A DNA stretch of 64,000 nt from Basidiobolus meristosporus CBS 931.73 (lineage: Eukaryota > Fungi > Basidiobolomycota). Below, in pieces: positions 62,422 through 64,000 of this stretch. Numbering within the stretch: position 1 is the first letter of the stretch; each line of letters starts with the position of its first letter. Made by a program: the position numbers and the translations under genes. The stretch covers positions 124,001-188,000 of the forward strand of contig MCFE01000043.1 of NCBI GenBank assembly GCA_002104905.1, read 5' to 3'. The notes beneath the pieces are model-generated. The model did no database searches. It worked only from the letters and a program-made list of their open reading frames with translations, and had not been told where the DNA came from.

Positions 62422-63950
62422 AATTTACTCAAGTGGCCTTTTGAAGCCATTTCTACTAAAAGTACATTGGAAGCATTGGGAGCCATATGTGGACACTGTA
62501 CAAATACTTATCCAGAAGCAGATCCACAATGCCAACTTGATGCATCTAGAGCCTTTGTGCAAAGAGTTTATGATGGGATTTGAGCAGCTATACTACAAGC
62601 ATAAAGCTGAATGTGTAGATATCTATTACTACTAGTTCCATTTCCTACTTCATCTTGCTTGGTGTGTTGAAAATAATAACCTTGCTTCACCTTTTGAGAG
62701 TTTCCAATCAAGCAGATGTGTAGTGACATGGGAAGACAAGTCAAGTTGCAGGCACTACCCTATCCCAATTTTGTAAAAGAATGTTACCTTCAAGCCCATC
62801 ATGGATGTGATGAGTTGGCAAATGGAGGACAGCCACAAAGAGTTGGAAAATACTGAGGACAGATGTACACATGGAGACACCTATGCCTATGGCTTTAAGA
62901 AGCTAAGTGGCACCTATGCATGGGTACTCAGTTAATAATCAAAATTGGGTTGGGTGCAACAAGCAACTAGTTTTCATTTGGAAACTCTACTAAGGTGTGT
63001 CTGATTTCTCTTGGTCACAAGCCAACTTCTACACCATTGAATACCATAGCCACACAAGCAAGAGCCTGAATGTACCTATAAGGGGGACTAGAATCCAGCT
63101 GGGAGAAGGAATCTATTGGTCAAGTACCAAGAAGTTCCTTGCAGATATTAAGGAGGTATTCATAGCAGAAGTGGCTTCAACTAAAAATATGATTGAAAGA
63201 TGTTTATATTGTTGCAAGTCTTGGTATAAGAGTTGTAGAGGAATAGGGAGTTTAGCTAGTATTGTATTCACTAAAACTTGAACTGATTTTTATTGAGGTT
63301 CCAGCAGCTTCTTATTTACATTTTGCCAGATCATTTGCTGACTAATTGTATTTCCTAATGTAGGCTGTGGCTGATGACTCATTTGATTGCATCATCATCA
63401 CCCAATTAGATCCTACTTAATATAACTATATCTGTCTGATAAGGATCTGCTAGTTCATCTGCTGACCAATACTACTGATTTGATTGATAACACTGATGTA
63501 CTGATAGGCTAAGCATAAAACTAATTGATTTGACTAAAAACTGATCTAACTTAAACATTCAAGTAGTAGATCATAACAATATTACCCGCAACACAAGGTA
63601 TATGGCAATTTTGCACACATCACACCACAAAGTTGCAGAGTTGAGGTGATAGAAGTATGTCAGTTGTAGTAGGTATGTGTGTTTGTAGAGGTTAGAAAGC
63701 AGGAGGCCATAGTATTGTTTGATTTAATCTAAATGTGAAATACCCAAGGTAGTAGTGGGTAAGCAAATAAACAGGGGCAACTCTAAAGTGGAATATGGAG
63801 TGAGCAAGGGTAGGTAGAAAAAGGAAATACAATTTTGATAATTGATATGGTGGCATTATGTATGACTAGGTGTAGGCCACCATACTGCTGTGATAACGCC
63901 ATCAGAGGTTGCAAAGAGGCTGTCAAAGCACTATTAAGTTTTGCGTCTTG
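62422..63950 (+). mobile_element. Second CACTA/EnSpm transposase relic, interrupted by a solo Gypsy LTR
   Basis: LLKPFLLKVHWKHWEPYV...EFMMGFEQLYY; DNA similarity to ~16025-16150 and ~17950-18960. Confidence 0.75.
63210..63578 (-). repeat. Solo Gypsy-1 LTR with 4-bp TSD ATAT
   Basis: Reverse complement of 3576-3943; ATAT at 63206-63209 and 63579-63582. Confidence 0.92.
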
Positions 63951-64000
63951 TAAAGAACTACATTTTCTCCTTGATAAATTCTGCTTTGACGCATCTGTTT

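Noticed and set aside
1-64000. CRISPR array or prokaryotic contamination
   Set aside because: No short repeat-spacer array; spliceosomal introns and eukaryote-type tRNAs without encoded CCA point to a eukaryotic nuclear origin.

Overview
Eukaryotic, almost certainly fungal, nuclear DNA; an early-diverging lineage is inferred from an exportin-4 gene carrying a minor-spliceosome intron. The window has three zones. (1) About 1-33.8 kb, 45.8-54.0 kb and 61.9-64 kb are AT-rich, CpG-depleted nested transposon relics: two Ty3/Gypsy elements, a Ty1/Copia family with several solo LTRs, CACTA/EnSpm transposase relics, a ~710-bp TA-flanked foldback family and an unclassified repeated coding relic. (2) About 33.9-45.8 kb is a GC/CpG-rich island of five + strand genes: WrbA/Pst2-type quinone reductase, a CsbD-like protein, a coiled-coil orphan, phosphoglucomutase and exportin-4 (~24 introns, one a textbook U12-type AT-AC intron). 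(3) About 54.2-61.9 kb is a tandemly repeated 5,225-bp unit with 17 different tRNA genes for 14 amino acids; one set is essentially intact and CpG-rich, while the duplicate copies are decaying by CpG transitions. All coordinates and alignments were done by eye; boundaries of old repeats are approximate.
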